Origin: Azolla caroliniana
Lineage: Eukaryota; Plantae; Polypodiophyta
Reading direction: 5' to 3'
Length of the DNA stretch: 64,000 nucleotides
Assembly (NCBI GenBank): GCA_043228905.1
Contig: JBHGNT010000018.1
Span: 7,316,001 to 7,380,000, forward strand
Below the pieces are notes generated by a model that was not told where the DNA came from, searched no databases, and was given only the letters and a program-made list of their open reading frames with translations. A program made the position numbers and the translations under genes. Below, one piece after another: positions 50,553 through 62,265 of the stretch (the stretch's first letter is position 1; every line of letters begins with the position of its first letter).

Positions 50553-53185
50553 GGTAGGTGGACTCGATAGGGTTTAGCAACAGTGGTAGCAACTAACCCA
50601 CAGTACTCAACTAGAGATGGCCTACGTGATGTGGCAAAGGATCATGCATAATGGACCTAGGAATTCGATATATAATTTATGGTACACATTTATGGTGCAC
50701 ACATCAATTTATGTTGCACATTTATGGCACTCATTTACATATGTAATTAAAACACTCTAGTATTTTCAATGGTAGTTTTTTGCATACTTAATTTATTAAT
50801 GATGGCTTTTTACTAAAATGACTATTTATCAATGGTAGCTTTTTGCATAGCTAATTAGCTATGTCAAGGACATAGCTAATTGTTTCCACTCGCATGCTTT
50901 CACCCTTTACTCTTGACCTTCCCCAAAGAACCAAAGTCATTGACAGAAGCAATCAGTCGCACGGTGAAATGCGACAACTGTCTTTTCGAATGACGTTCAA
51001 AACGTCAATACCAGATGCCAAGGGCAAGATCAGAGCCCACCTACGCCTCAGTGGTCGCAAAACCTTTTCCAAGGGAGTCATATAATGCATCTCCAGTGAA
51101 TACTACAACTCCGACGGAAATTGACACTACACGTCGTCATGGATCATTATCGGAAGAAGAAAAGCAGCGGCGCCGAGCAAATCGACTATGTCTTTATTGC
51201 GGTAACCCAGGGCATATTTCAGTGAAATATCCCCATAGGCCAAGAAGATAGGTAAACCAAATAGTCGCTAATTCTAATTGTACTAAACCCCAGTCTATTT
51301 CAGTAGGAATATCTGATAGTCCTAATAGTACTAATAGCCCAAATCTATCAAACAAATTTGATGTCCTTTGTCAATTAGAAGAAGAGTTGAACGACTAAGG
51401 CCAACCAAAATAGGAGTCGTTTGGTTGGACAACTCTATATCTGTGCAGCCCATTAGTGGTTCCATTCCCTCTAAGCAAGTTAGCAATGTGTTCTTAGCCC
51501 AAGTGACAATTAGTACTAAAAGTACCTCTCTAGTACATGTCTTAGCACTCCGAAATCCCGGACCTAATTCTTGCTTCATGGATAGGAATTTTGCCTAGGC
51601 TCATCAGATATCGCTAAGAAAACTCTCATGTCCAGCCTCTGTAGTAGTCATTGATGATCATCCCATTTCTTCCGGAAATATCATAGAAGAGTCAGAGCCC
51701 GTTAATATTTTCCTAGATAATTTAGTGTGTGTAGTATCGGATAATATCATTAGTATCCCAGAACATCCCATTGTTTTGGGATTACCATGGTTCGAATTAC
51801 ATAATCCAGACATAGATTTGGAGAACAAGAGAAATTTGGTATCGACAAGACCAAGGATCTACTCATAATATTGCAACCATTTCGCTACATCAGTTGCGTG
51901 AGGAAGGACGCAAGGAAGAAATGTTTCTCTTTGCAGTATCAGTAAAACCCGCCAACACCACTAAAGAGGAGTTCACCGTTCAACTTCCAGAGAAGTATTG
52001 TCATTATGCCGATGTGTTCAAAAAAGTACAAACCAATATGCTTTGTCACCATCGATCGTATGATTGCCCCATCGATTTACAACTGGGAAAAGAGCCACCA
52101 TGGGGACCAATCTACAATTTCTCACCAACCGAGCTAGAAGTCCTTCAAGCCTATATAGAGGAGAATTTGGTAAATGGTTTCATTCGACATTCAAAATCTC
52201 CACCCGACACACCCATTTTCTTCGTCAAGAAAAAGGATGGATCACTTCGTCTCGTCGTAGATTACCATGGCTTGAATAAGGTCACCATCAGGAATAGGTA
52301 TGCACTTCCCCTTATCTCAAGTCTTTTAGAATGGATCAATGGTGCAAGGTTCTTCACAAAGATCGACTTACGAGGAGTATATAACCTCGTACGGATCCGA
52401 CCAAGAGATGAATGGAAGACCAGATATGGGCACTTTGAGTATATGGGCATGCCATTCGGCCTCACTAATGCGCCAACAGTTTTCCAGCACATGGCAAATG
52501 ATATATTCCAAGATCTCTTGGATGTTTGTTTGATTATCTATTTGGATGATCTACTGGTTTATTCGAAGACCCAAGAAGAGCAGGATTCTCATGTACTGTT
52601 AGTACTAAAACGACTTTGAGAACATGGTCTTTATGCAAAGCTGGAAAAATGTAGTTTCGAGTGCAACCAGGTAGAATTTTTGGGCTATGTCATCTCCTCG
52701 GAAGGCATCTCCATGGATCCAGCTAAGGTCAAAACGGTGGTAGAGTGGCAGACTCCCCATTCGTTGCGAGATCTGCAATGCTTTCTAGGCTTTGCCAATT
52801 TCTACTGCATGTTTATAGAGGATTACTCAAAGCTTGTTTTGTCTCTCACACAACTTACCAGGAAGGGACAAGCTATTCTAGCACAAATTGATCTCTCTCG
52901 AGTTATCTTGTTCACGGTCGCAACAACTAGGTATGAACTATCGACAATTCAAATGTCATTATGGATTATTATTCTTTAAGAAACTCTTGTATGTTCCTAA
53001 TTGTTCTTGTCACATTCGAGTAGTCCAAAACTTTCATGAGACATATACAGATGGGCATTTTGGTAGTACAACGATCATTTTGGTGGTCCCATATGCGATA
53101 ATTTGTCGAAGATTTTGTTCGGCCTTGTGATTCATGTTGCAGAGCAAAAATGCCAAGGCATCATCCATATGGTTTATTAGAACCA

Positions 53186-56100
53186 TGTGAATGTTAACGT
53201 GTGGAAGCGTTAGACAGAACCGGCTCAGCCGGATAGCAACAGAGAATAAGATGAAGGTTTAATGGAGAAGCTTAATACACAGAGAGTATACGCGGGAGAG
53301 ATAGAGAGAGCAGAACGTAAACGTAGATTCAAAAAATAAAAACACTCTATAACTCTGTAGTATACAATGTGCTAAACAACACTATTTATACAAGTCCTCA
53401 AAAGGATTGACAGAAGTACTATGTACTTCAATGCTCATACGAGCTATTGACACTAACTACAAGAAAATGATTACCTAGTAGTCTAGGTTACTACTAACTC
53501 GAATCTGGCTGTCTGATCCATCTCCCTGATCCGGCCGGTTGTTTCCAGATACCATCTACATACCGATCTGGCTCATCATTCCGAATGCCGATCTGGATCC
53601 CGTTGAGCTTCCTCGCTCAACACTTCCCCTTAAGCTAAACTTGATGTCAGATCATGGGGTTAGTGTCCGTGGCAGCCGGTTCTTCTACCTGGCTCCTTTT
53701 GGTATCGCTCCACCTTGCTGGCGCTCCTCGTTTGGTCCGGTCTTGTTTGCCTCAACCCTCCTTGGTCGGCTTGTCTGCTCAACAGGCCCATTTCAACTCC
53801 CTCGTTACTGCGACCCTGACTCTTGTCGACCCTTCGGTTCCATCGTGTTGGCGCCGACTTCTCCTACGTCCGTGTCCGCTTGGCCTTTAGTTGATCTGGC
53901 TCCTCCGAATCCAAGTGTTGAAACGAATCGACTGTCTCCAATTCGTTCCAGCTCTTGTCCGAGTCAGTGTTCTCCAACTCATCTTCCGGATTCAAGCCCT
54001 TCACCACATCAGACCATGTCCGGGTCTTGGCCTTCTCCTTCCGGTCGCCTCTGTCCTTCTTGACTCTGTTGTCGATGCCCCTCGTTCCGACTTGTTCGGA
54101 TGTGCCAACTTCCTTCGTCGACTCGGCTTCCTTTTTCCTCTTGTCTCCCTCTTTGTTGGTTCCTTGTCTGGTGCCATTGACAGTTTCTTTGCCTTTGCCC
54201 GTTATGGAACCAGTTTCTTTGCCTTGGCCTTTGCCCGTTCTCCCCCTCAAGTGTGGCACGTCGAGATGTTCAACACCAAGCATTCCAATGAAGTGTTGCA
54301 ACTTGTCCGATACGAGTGGTTTGGTGAAGATGTCGGTAACCTGTCGATCCGTCTGAACATACAGAAGTTCGACTTCAGCACTCAGGACCCGCTCACGCAT
54401 GAAGTGATAATGCACTTCTATGTGCTTTGTTCGAGCATGGAATACAAGGTTCTTGGTGAGCTGTATGTTGCTTATGTTGTTGGAGTAGATTAGGATCGGG
54501 GTCGGCACCTCGATCCGGAGATCTCGCAACAGTCGCCGAAGCCAGATGGCTTCACAGGTGGCATTGGTAGTGTCCCGGTATTTAGCCTCAATGCTCGATA
54601 GAGCCACTGTTGGCTGCTTTTTGCTACTTCACACAACAATCGCTCTACCTAGAGAAAACATGTAATCGGAGCTGGATCGGTGATCCGATGCATCACCAGC
54701 CCAATAGGCATCTGTGTATCCTACTAGCTCTTCAGTTATACCATGTCAGTATAACTGTCCTCCGTCCTTCGTGCCACTCGCATACCGCAATATTCGATGC
54801 GCGCACTAAAGGTGCTCCACGGTTGGCTTCTGCATGAATTGGTTGATCACACTAACCGGATAACTGATGTCGGGTTGGTTGATTGTCAAGTATATCAGGC
54901 TTCCGACTCTTTGTCAAAACCATTTCTTATTGTAGGCCGGTCCGGAGTTGAGACGGAGCTTCTAGTTCCGGTCCAAGGGTGTGGACACAGGTCAGCATTA
55001 CATCATGCCGAACTTGTACAACATATTCGAGACATAGTGTCGTTGTGAGAGCAATATGTCGTCGGGGGTTCGGATCACCTTGATTCCAAGGAAGCAATGA
55101 AGGACCCCCAGGTCCTTCATCTCAAATGCGCCCGCAATGCATGGAATATCGTTCAGCCACAACCGAGTAGTAAATCACTTCTTTAAGAATCAAACACAGA
55201 AATGGGAAGTGGAGAGTACACAAGAAAATAACACATGATGTTTACGTGGAAAACCCTAATAGGGAAAAACCATGGGAGCCCACTAACTCCGAACTATCAC
55301 TATGAAGAGAAGGGGTACAATCATAGACTTGGAGGCAACGAGCTCGAGCTCTGTTTCTTCGCATAGTGGCGGTTATAACAAAGCATCGCTTTGTATCTCT
55401 CTCTCTCCCTTTCTCTGTACAACAGTTGCAGCAATATCACAACAACACAATCACACATATAAAGTGATTGCCCTAAGTCATATGTATAGTTATATGAACT
55501 TAGGGCTATTTACAAATATAGCCTCAATGGCTTATTCAAGACAAATTTACAAATTGATCTTCTCTTCCGGTTCTCACCGAGTCCACCGATCCGGTTTCCG
55601 GATCTCTTCCAGTTCTCACCGGCTCTCTTTCGGTTATCACCGAGTCTTCTCCGGTTTTCGGATCTCTTCAGGTTCTCACTAGGTCCTCTTTATTCATCAT
55701 TGGATCCCATCCAGAGAGACCGATTTCCCAACACTGGTCCAGGGGTGTGAAGACAGGTCGGCATTCCGTCATGCCGAACTTGTACAACATATTCAACACA
55801 TAGTGTCGTTGTGAGAGTAATATGTCGTCGGGGGTTCAGATCACCTCGATTCCAAGGAAGTAATGAAGGTCCCTTAGGTCCTTCATCTCAAATGCATCCG
55901 CCAGTTGGGACTTCACTCAACCGATTTCATTGAGTCCGGGTCCAGTGATGACCAAATCATCTACATAAAGTAAGATGGAAACCGGACCGTCCGGACCTTA
56001 CCACAAACCCCATCTTATGCAACCGGTGCATGATCTTCGCATTCCAAGCTCGGGGTGCTTGTTTCAGACCATAAAGCGACTTCTTAAGCCGGCACACCGC

Positions 56101-59100
56101 CGAGTTGTTCCTCTCCGACTGAAAACCGGGAGGTTGGATCATATAGACCCATTCTTCAAAGTCACCTTGAAGAAACACATTCTTCACGTCCGTCTGGTGA
56201 AGATGCCACCTAGTACCAGACGAACTGTCGTCATATTCGCTACCGGAGCGAAGGTCTCGTCGTAGTCGATTCCTTGGGTTTGTGCGTATCCCTTCGTCAC
56301 TAACCGGGCCTTTTACAGGTTAACCAAACTGTCAGCATTGTACTTTACCTTGTACACCCAATGATTTGCAACCGATCGGTTTACAATGCCTGCATTTCTT
56401 CCTCCATAGTGGCATGCCAATTTGTGTCCTTTGCTGCTTCTGCATAGCTCTCCGGCTCACGCACTTTCGCCACTTTGGTCATGTACGCATAGTGATGCGC
56501 CATGTACTCATTGTACTTGTACCGCGTAATGGGGTTCTTCTGGCGGGAAGACCGGCATAACTTGTCATCACCCGGTTTGGGGCCCTTCTTGGCCGGTTCG
56601 GACTTCATTCCCCAAGATCTGTCGTCATCCTTTCTGGAGTCGGATTCGCTCCGATCCGACTCCACGTTGCCGGCTTCATATTCCGACATTTTCTGCTTCC
56701 CTTTCTCCTTGCGCGTGAACCGTCTCCTTGGTTCGTTGCGTGGGGAGAGCACGACAAAGTCTCCACTAGTCATCGGTTCCTCATCCGACTAGTCACTTTG
56801 ACCTAGTCGCTCGTTCGATCTGCTCAACCGAAACGATTCCAGACTCTCTTTTAGAGTCTCAAGCTCGTCATCTTCTATTTGGACTGGTTCAAGCTCACTG
56901 GCCTCATCCACGATGCCATCTCGTCGAACTCAACATCTTGGCTTACTCAAACCTAATTCGTCTAGGGGTTATAGCACTTATACCCCTTCTGCTCATGTGC
57001 GTAACCGACCAGGATGCACTTCTCCAACTTCGAATCAAGCTTCCTCCGCATCTCATCCGGTACATGCACATATGCTATGCTACCGAATATCCGAAGGTGT
57101 CTCAAATTCAGCTTGCGCCTGAAATACAACTCGTGTGCTGACACCTTGTCACCAATCTCGTTTTGGATGTAGACAGTCGTCCAAAACTAGGGCATGCTCT
57201 TCTCGTCTAGCATTGCCCTTGCCGAGTCGACAATCGACCGATTCTTCCTTTCGGCCATACCATTTTGCTCTGGTGTGTATCTGCAGCTGAATTCTTTCCA
57301 AATTCCATTCTGCTGCAGATAACCGTTGAATTGGCCGGAAAAGTATTCTTTTCAGCCATCCGACCACAGACACTTGACCTTCCTCTCCGTTTCCTGTTCA
57401 ACTAAGCTTTGCAAGTTCCGGAAACATTCGAAGACTTCACTCTTCCGTTCGATGAGGTAGATCCACGTGTGCCGGTTGTAGTCGTTGATGAAGGATAGAA
57501 AGTATCGACTCCCGCCAAGACTAACGTTTTGTGCCGGTCCCCATACATATGAATGTATTAGATTGAGGTTGTTACGGCTCAGGTTTCATTTGGTGGGGAA
57601 TGGTAGCTAGTGTTGCTTCCCAAGTTGCCAGGCTTCACAAATTTCAGCCTTCCGGCCACTAAAATTCGGCAAATCGAAAACGACTTGTTTCGATTGCAGG
57701 TCTTGAAGCGTCTGGTAGTAAACGTGGCTGATCTGCTTGTGTTGGAGATCAATGTCTGATTCAATCTTCTATGCTTTGGCAAGCATGGCGGTGCCAATGT
57801 CCTTTGTGTTGAGGATGAACATCCTCCCTTCCCTGCGCCCTAGCACGATTATCCGGCCTTCTTCCTCGATGAAGCACCCGGGGTGCGTAAACCGCACCTG
57901 CATCCCCTAGTCGACAATTTGTCCAACCAACACCAGGTTCTTTGTGATAGTCGGAATGCGTAGTACGTTCATCATCTTTCCCTTTTGTCTGACATGGCTT
58001 AAAGGGACTTCTCCGACATGCACAATCGGGAGATGTCGTCTCCAGTTTCAACAATCCCCGGTTGTTCTGGTTTTTCCAAAAAAGAGAACCACTCTTCATG
58101 GCTCGTCATGTGGTTGGACGCCCCGGAATAAACATGCCATACTTCCTCTGATTTGGTAGTAGTCTTCTTCATCGAGTTGGCCTTGTGCTTCGTCACGAAG
58201 GTTGTCCCCTTTCCGGTTTTCCTGGTTCTGGATCCTTCCAATCCTTCTGCGTAGTGCGAGCTTTGTCGAATTTCCCGACCGGTTTTGCCGTATCCGGATT
58301 TGTTACAATCTGTGCGTTTCTTCCAACACTCTCTTTCCCTGTGGCACTTCTTGCCACAGTATCAACATTCTGTGTCAGCTTTTCCTTGCCAGCTTCCGGT
58401 GCCGCTTTGACTCCCCCTGCTTGTGGAGGGTCCGGAACTATTGTCGATACTACCTATGTGCCTTCGCTCCTGCTCTTGTCGGCCTCCTCCATTACTTGTT
58501 GGCCCACCTCATCCTCCACCTCCACGGGGCCGATCCGACTCTGTGTACAACATCCGTCTGTGAGATTGAGTGGTCCTCAACCCGCGTGGTTTTTTCGACC
58601 AACAACATTGATTATAAGTCAAAGAAGGACGATGACTTCTCCCGGGTGTAGATCGCTATCCGGATTGTCCCATACCTTTGTGGTAGACCACCGATGTAGA
58701 TTTGTACCATCTCGTCTTCGTCCACCGTCATGTTGATGGACCCGAGTGCGTCACAAATCTCCTTTATCTTGGTGGTGTAATCTGTAACTAACATGTCTCT
58801 TTGCCGGATGTTGTTCAACTATTGGCGGAGCTGCAACTTACGGGCTATGGTACTTGTAGCGAAAATCTTCCTCAGATTTGCCAAGGCCACCTTCGGCGTT
58901 TTTGCATCCTTTATGTAGCCGAGCATCTAGTTGTGCACACAGGACGCGAGGCAGTACAATACCCTGCTCGCTCCTTGCTCCCATACCGGGAAGTTCTCGT
59001 GTGCCAACTCCGACACTACCTCGTTCGTTCCTTCCACGAAACTCCAATATCCATGCCCCACCAGGTACTGGTGCATCTTGTATGACTAGGATGCGTAGTT

Positions 59101-59377
59101 GCTCCGGTCGAGCTTCTCTATTGGAAGTGAACTCGCCATTCCTCTGACCATATCTTCTCTTTGTCTATTGTTACCAGGTTCTAGGGTTTGTCTACGAAAG
59201 CAAGTGTTAACTGCAGCAGTTCTCAACCCTCGCGCTCTAATACCATGTGAATGTTAACGTGCGAAAGCATTAGATATAACTAACTCAGCCGGATAGCAAC
59301 AGAGAATAAGATGAAGGTTTAATGGAGAAGCTTAACACATAGAGAGTATACGTGGGAGAGATAGAGAGAGCAGAATG
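53186..59377 (-). mobile_element. Degenerate Copia (same family as 29423-35163) inserted in the chromovirus integrase; 3' LTR 53186-53622, truncated 5' LTR 59246 to about 59377
   Basis: Collinear gag, PR, INT, RT and RNase H fragments; PBS ctctaatacca before 59246; matching LTR starts tgtgaatgttaacgtg. Confidence 0.9.
55138..55733 (-). mobile_element. Solo LTR lacking a TSD, inside Copia RT
   Basis: tgcatgg...ttcccaaca; related to the 38999-39760 and 23351-23931 LTRs; flanks cgcaa/ctggt differ. Confidence 0.8.
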
Positions 59378-60027
59378 TACAAATCAAACGTTGGAGCAGT
59401 ATCTTCGGTGCTTTCTAAGCTATCATCAAGAGGACTGGGTGGATATTCTCCACTTCACCGAATTTGTGTATAATAACTCTGTCCACTCATCAACAAAGGT
59501 CACACCATTTTATGCTTATATGGGCTGTCACCCTCGGTGGTGTGTATCTGAAATCCTTGAGTTACCCACAAATCCTTGCGCAGAGGATCGTTTGGAGCGG
59601 TTACACAAGATACAAGTGGATTTATCTACTCATCTACAACAAGCTCAACAAACACACAAGGTTTACGTAGATCGTCATTGGCTTCCATTCAGTTTTAACA
59701 TTGGAGATCGGGTATGGCTACTACGACGACACATCAAGACTACTCGCCCATGCGAAAAGTTGGATTATCGGCAATTAGGTCATTTCCGTATTATCGAAAA
59801 AATTAATGATGTCACTTTTCGTCTTGATCTACTTCCACAACTTTGGATACATCCGGTGTTTCATAGTTCTCTCCTCAAGCCCTATCAAGATAGCACCATC
59901 CCAGGTCGTATTAAACAACCTCCACCCCCGATTGAACTTGAAGATGGACTTGAGTACGAGGTTGTTGCCATCCTCGATTCCAAGGTTGTTCCCAACAAGC
60001 TCTACTATTTCGTCAATTGGTTAGGAT

Positions 60028-60827
60028 CAAGGTTGTTAGGTACGGTACGGATACCATACGTATTTAACGTATTAATACCCGTATAGTACCTCCCAATTTA
60101 AAAATACGTTAAATACGTTTTCGTAATATGTTAAATACTTATAAAATACGTATTTTACGTATAGTATGTTAAATACTTCTAGAATTTGAAAATTATTTAC
60201 CTTTCTAAAAAATATCTATAATATTGTAAAAAACATCTATGCTTACACAATTTTGTGATGTACAATATAGTTCTACATCCTAAAATGCATATAAGACATT
60301 TGAACATTTCACATCCTAAAATATGTGTAGTAATATGGATGGCGACATTCCCCTATTCTATAAATCAGTGTAAGTGTGTATCACGATGTTCTACTTCAAA
60401 TTGTAATTATTTACAATTATGCCTTCATAGATTGAGGAATCGTCTACGATTATCACATTCATGATAGGTTTTTCTTTTCTTCGTTTTCTTCTTCTTCTTC
60501 TATCTTCTGTGATTATCACACTCAGGACAAGTTTATGTCTTCTTTTCTCTCTTCTTCTTCATCATCATCTCTTTTATTCTTCTTCCTCCCTTCCTTTGGT
60601 TCTTTTTCACTAAAATCTTTTTTTTCTTTTGCTTTTTGTTAGGGTTTTACTTACATTTTCTTTATAAATACGTATTATACTTGTTTTTTTATAAATACAT
60701 TAAATACCGTATTGGACAAATGTACATGATATTTGACTCAACAACATTGAGGTATAGTACGTACTATACAAATGATGAGGTACTATACGTATTTAAACGT
60801 TAAATACGGGTACGTAAACAAGCATTG
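60028..60827. mobile_element. Non-autonomous hAT-like MITE (about 800 bp) splitting the chromodomain
   Basis: (g)ttaggat duplicated at 60020-60027 and 60827-60834; imperfect TIR caaggttgtt / aacaagcattg; many subterminal tacg/cgta motifs. Confidence 0.75.
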
Positions 60828-61261
60828 TTAGGATATAGTCCGAGCAAGCATACTTGGGAACCAATAGAGAATGTGACCAATGCTCGTGCTCTTCTTCAAG
60901 ACTTCCATCGCCAATATCCAGACAAACTGGGTCCTTAATCCAAAACGACAAAGGTAGATAATGTCCTGATATGTCAAAACTCAAACCCATGACCTTACGT
61001 TACACGGGTCGAGCTCTTAACCACTAAATTATATGTTGTAATATGAAAGATATTATTTTCATTTATGTTTTACTATAGAAAATTGATGTATAATCCAGAT
61101 TTCTCTAGAACATTCTAGAAACTTCAGGAGTACTCCTAAGAACACTATAAAAGGAGGCACAAGACATTATTTCGAACCAAATCGTTTCAACACCAATGTT
61201 AAGCGTCCTAGCTACTATTGTATATTCTCTTAACATAATATATATCCATAGTTATTATCAT

Positions 61262-61297
<36 letters not shown>

Positions 61298-61587
61298 TCA
61301 CACTCACACTCACTCTTTCCTTCTCTCGAGATTTCTACACCTCCCTGAGTACTAATCCTCATCTTTTAGTACTAATTCCTTCTCTATCTTAGTACTATTC
61401 CTAAGAACATCGTTGTGATATCCCTGCTCTCCATGGGTAGTTGGAATTGGTCGTACCCGGAGTATAAATCGTCGACTGAGTATATAAAACTTCCGTTGAA
61501 GGCCTTCGCGAATTCATCGATTGTCATTTTGTTCACAAGTTGCAAGTCTTAGAGAAAGCGCAATTTGCCGTTCTTCTTTGGCACCAT

Positions 61588-62265
61588 TGTCGTTAAGATT
61601 TTCAGCAACGGTGTGAAAATCACGTTGAAAGGAGAAAACCGAGAAGGGTTCACTTTCACGCTTCTCTGACTATTTTTTCTAAGTGAGTTATCCCACATAT
61701 ATATGCAGCTAATACGACTCTCTCTATATATATACTAACTTATCTCATGTATATATATGACTATGTATATATATATGTGTGTATTTGTCTGAACTTCTAT
61801 TCGGCCGACTTCCATTTGACCGAATCCCATTTCGGCTTTTTGGTCGATTTCGGCCAACCGACTCTCGTTTCGGCTTCCTGACCGATTTCGGCCAGCCGAC
61901 TCTCGTTTCGGTTTTTCGGCCAACTCCCCCAAAAGGAGGGACAATCTTACATAACACAATTGACTTACCACTAAGCCAAGTCATTTCTTTAAAAGTTGTA
62001 TTTTCCATTATATTCTTCACATGTAAATTCTCATACATGAGAGCTTCGATGAGTGACATGGACATCATGCATCACATGTAATGCATTAGCGTCAAGTGGC
62101 AAACATGCATCACATGCATTATATGCATTGTATTCATGTCTTGCACCCTGACATGCATCATATGCATGGGATCATCTATAAAAGAGTGGAGGAAAAAGAA
62201 TCAAGGGGGAAGCTATGTATTGAATGAAGGAAACAATAATAAAATCTAGTTATCTTATTGGTGAT
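61588..62265. mobile_element. Unclassified LTR-like fragments, including short ccgactctcgtttcgg repeats (about 61800-61925)
   Basis: Begins tgtcgt at the Gypsy RT break; TATA-like ctataaaag near 62177; no matching TSD found. Confidence 0.35.

Larger units (their letters stand above)
41009..50905 (-). mobile_element. Complete 9,897-bp cut-and-paste DNA transposon, Sola2-like, carrying a cargo gene
   Basis: 25-bp TIRs GGGTAAAAGCATGCGAGTGGAAACA (41009-41033) and TGTTTCCACTCGCATGCTTTCACCC (50881-50905), one mismatch; TTTA TSD (41005-41008, 50906-50909); excision restores gag NDVKDLLLTFPKEPK. Confidence 0.93.
39842..61406 (+). mobile_element. Chromovirus-type Ty3/Gypsy element (5' LTR 39842-40259, 3' LTR 60962-61406) hosting nested insertions
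   Basis: Two similar LTRs; gag from about 40357, zinc knuckle RLCLYCGNPGH (near 51190), RT PIFFVKKKDG/YLDD (51894-52619), integrase C-terminus plus chromodomain EYEVVAILD...WLG|YSPSKHTWEP; degraded TSD gcatt/acatc. Confidence 0.92.
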
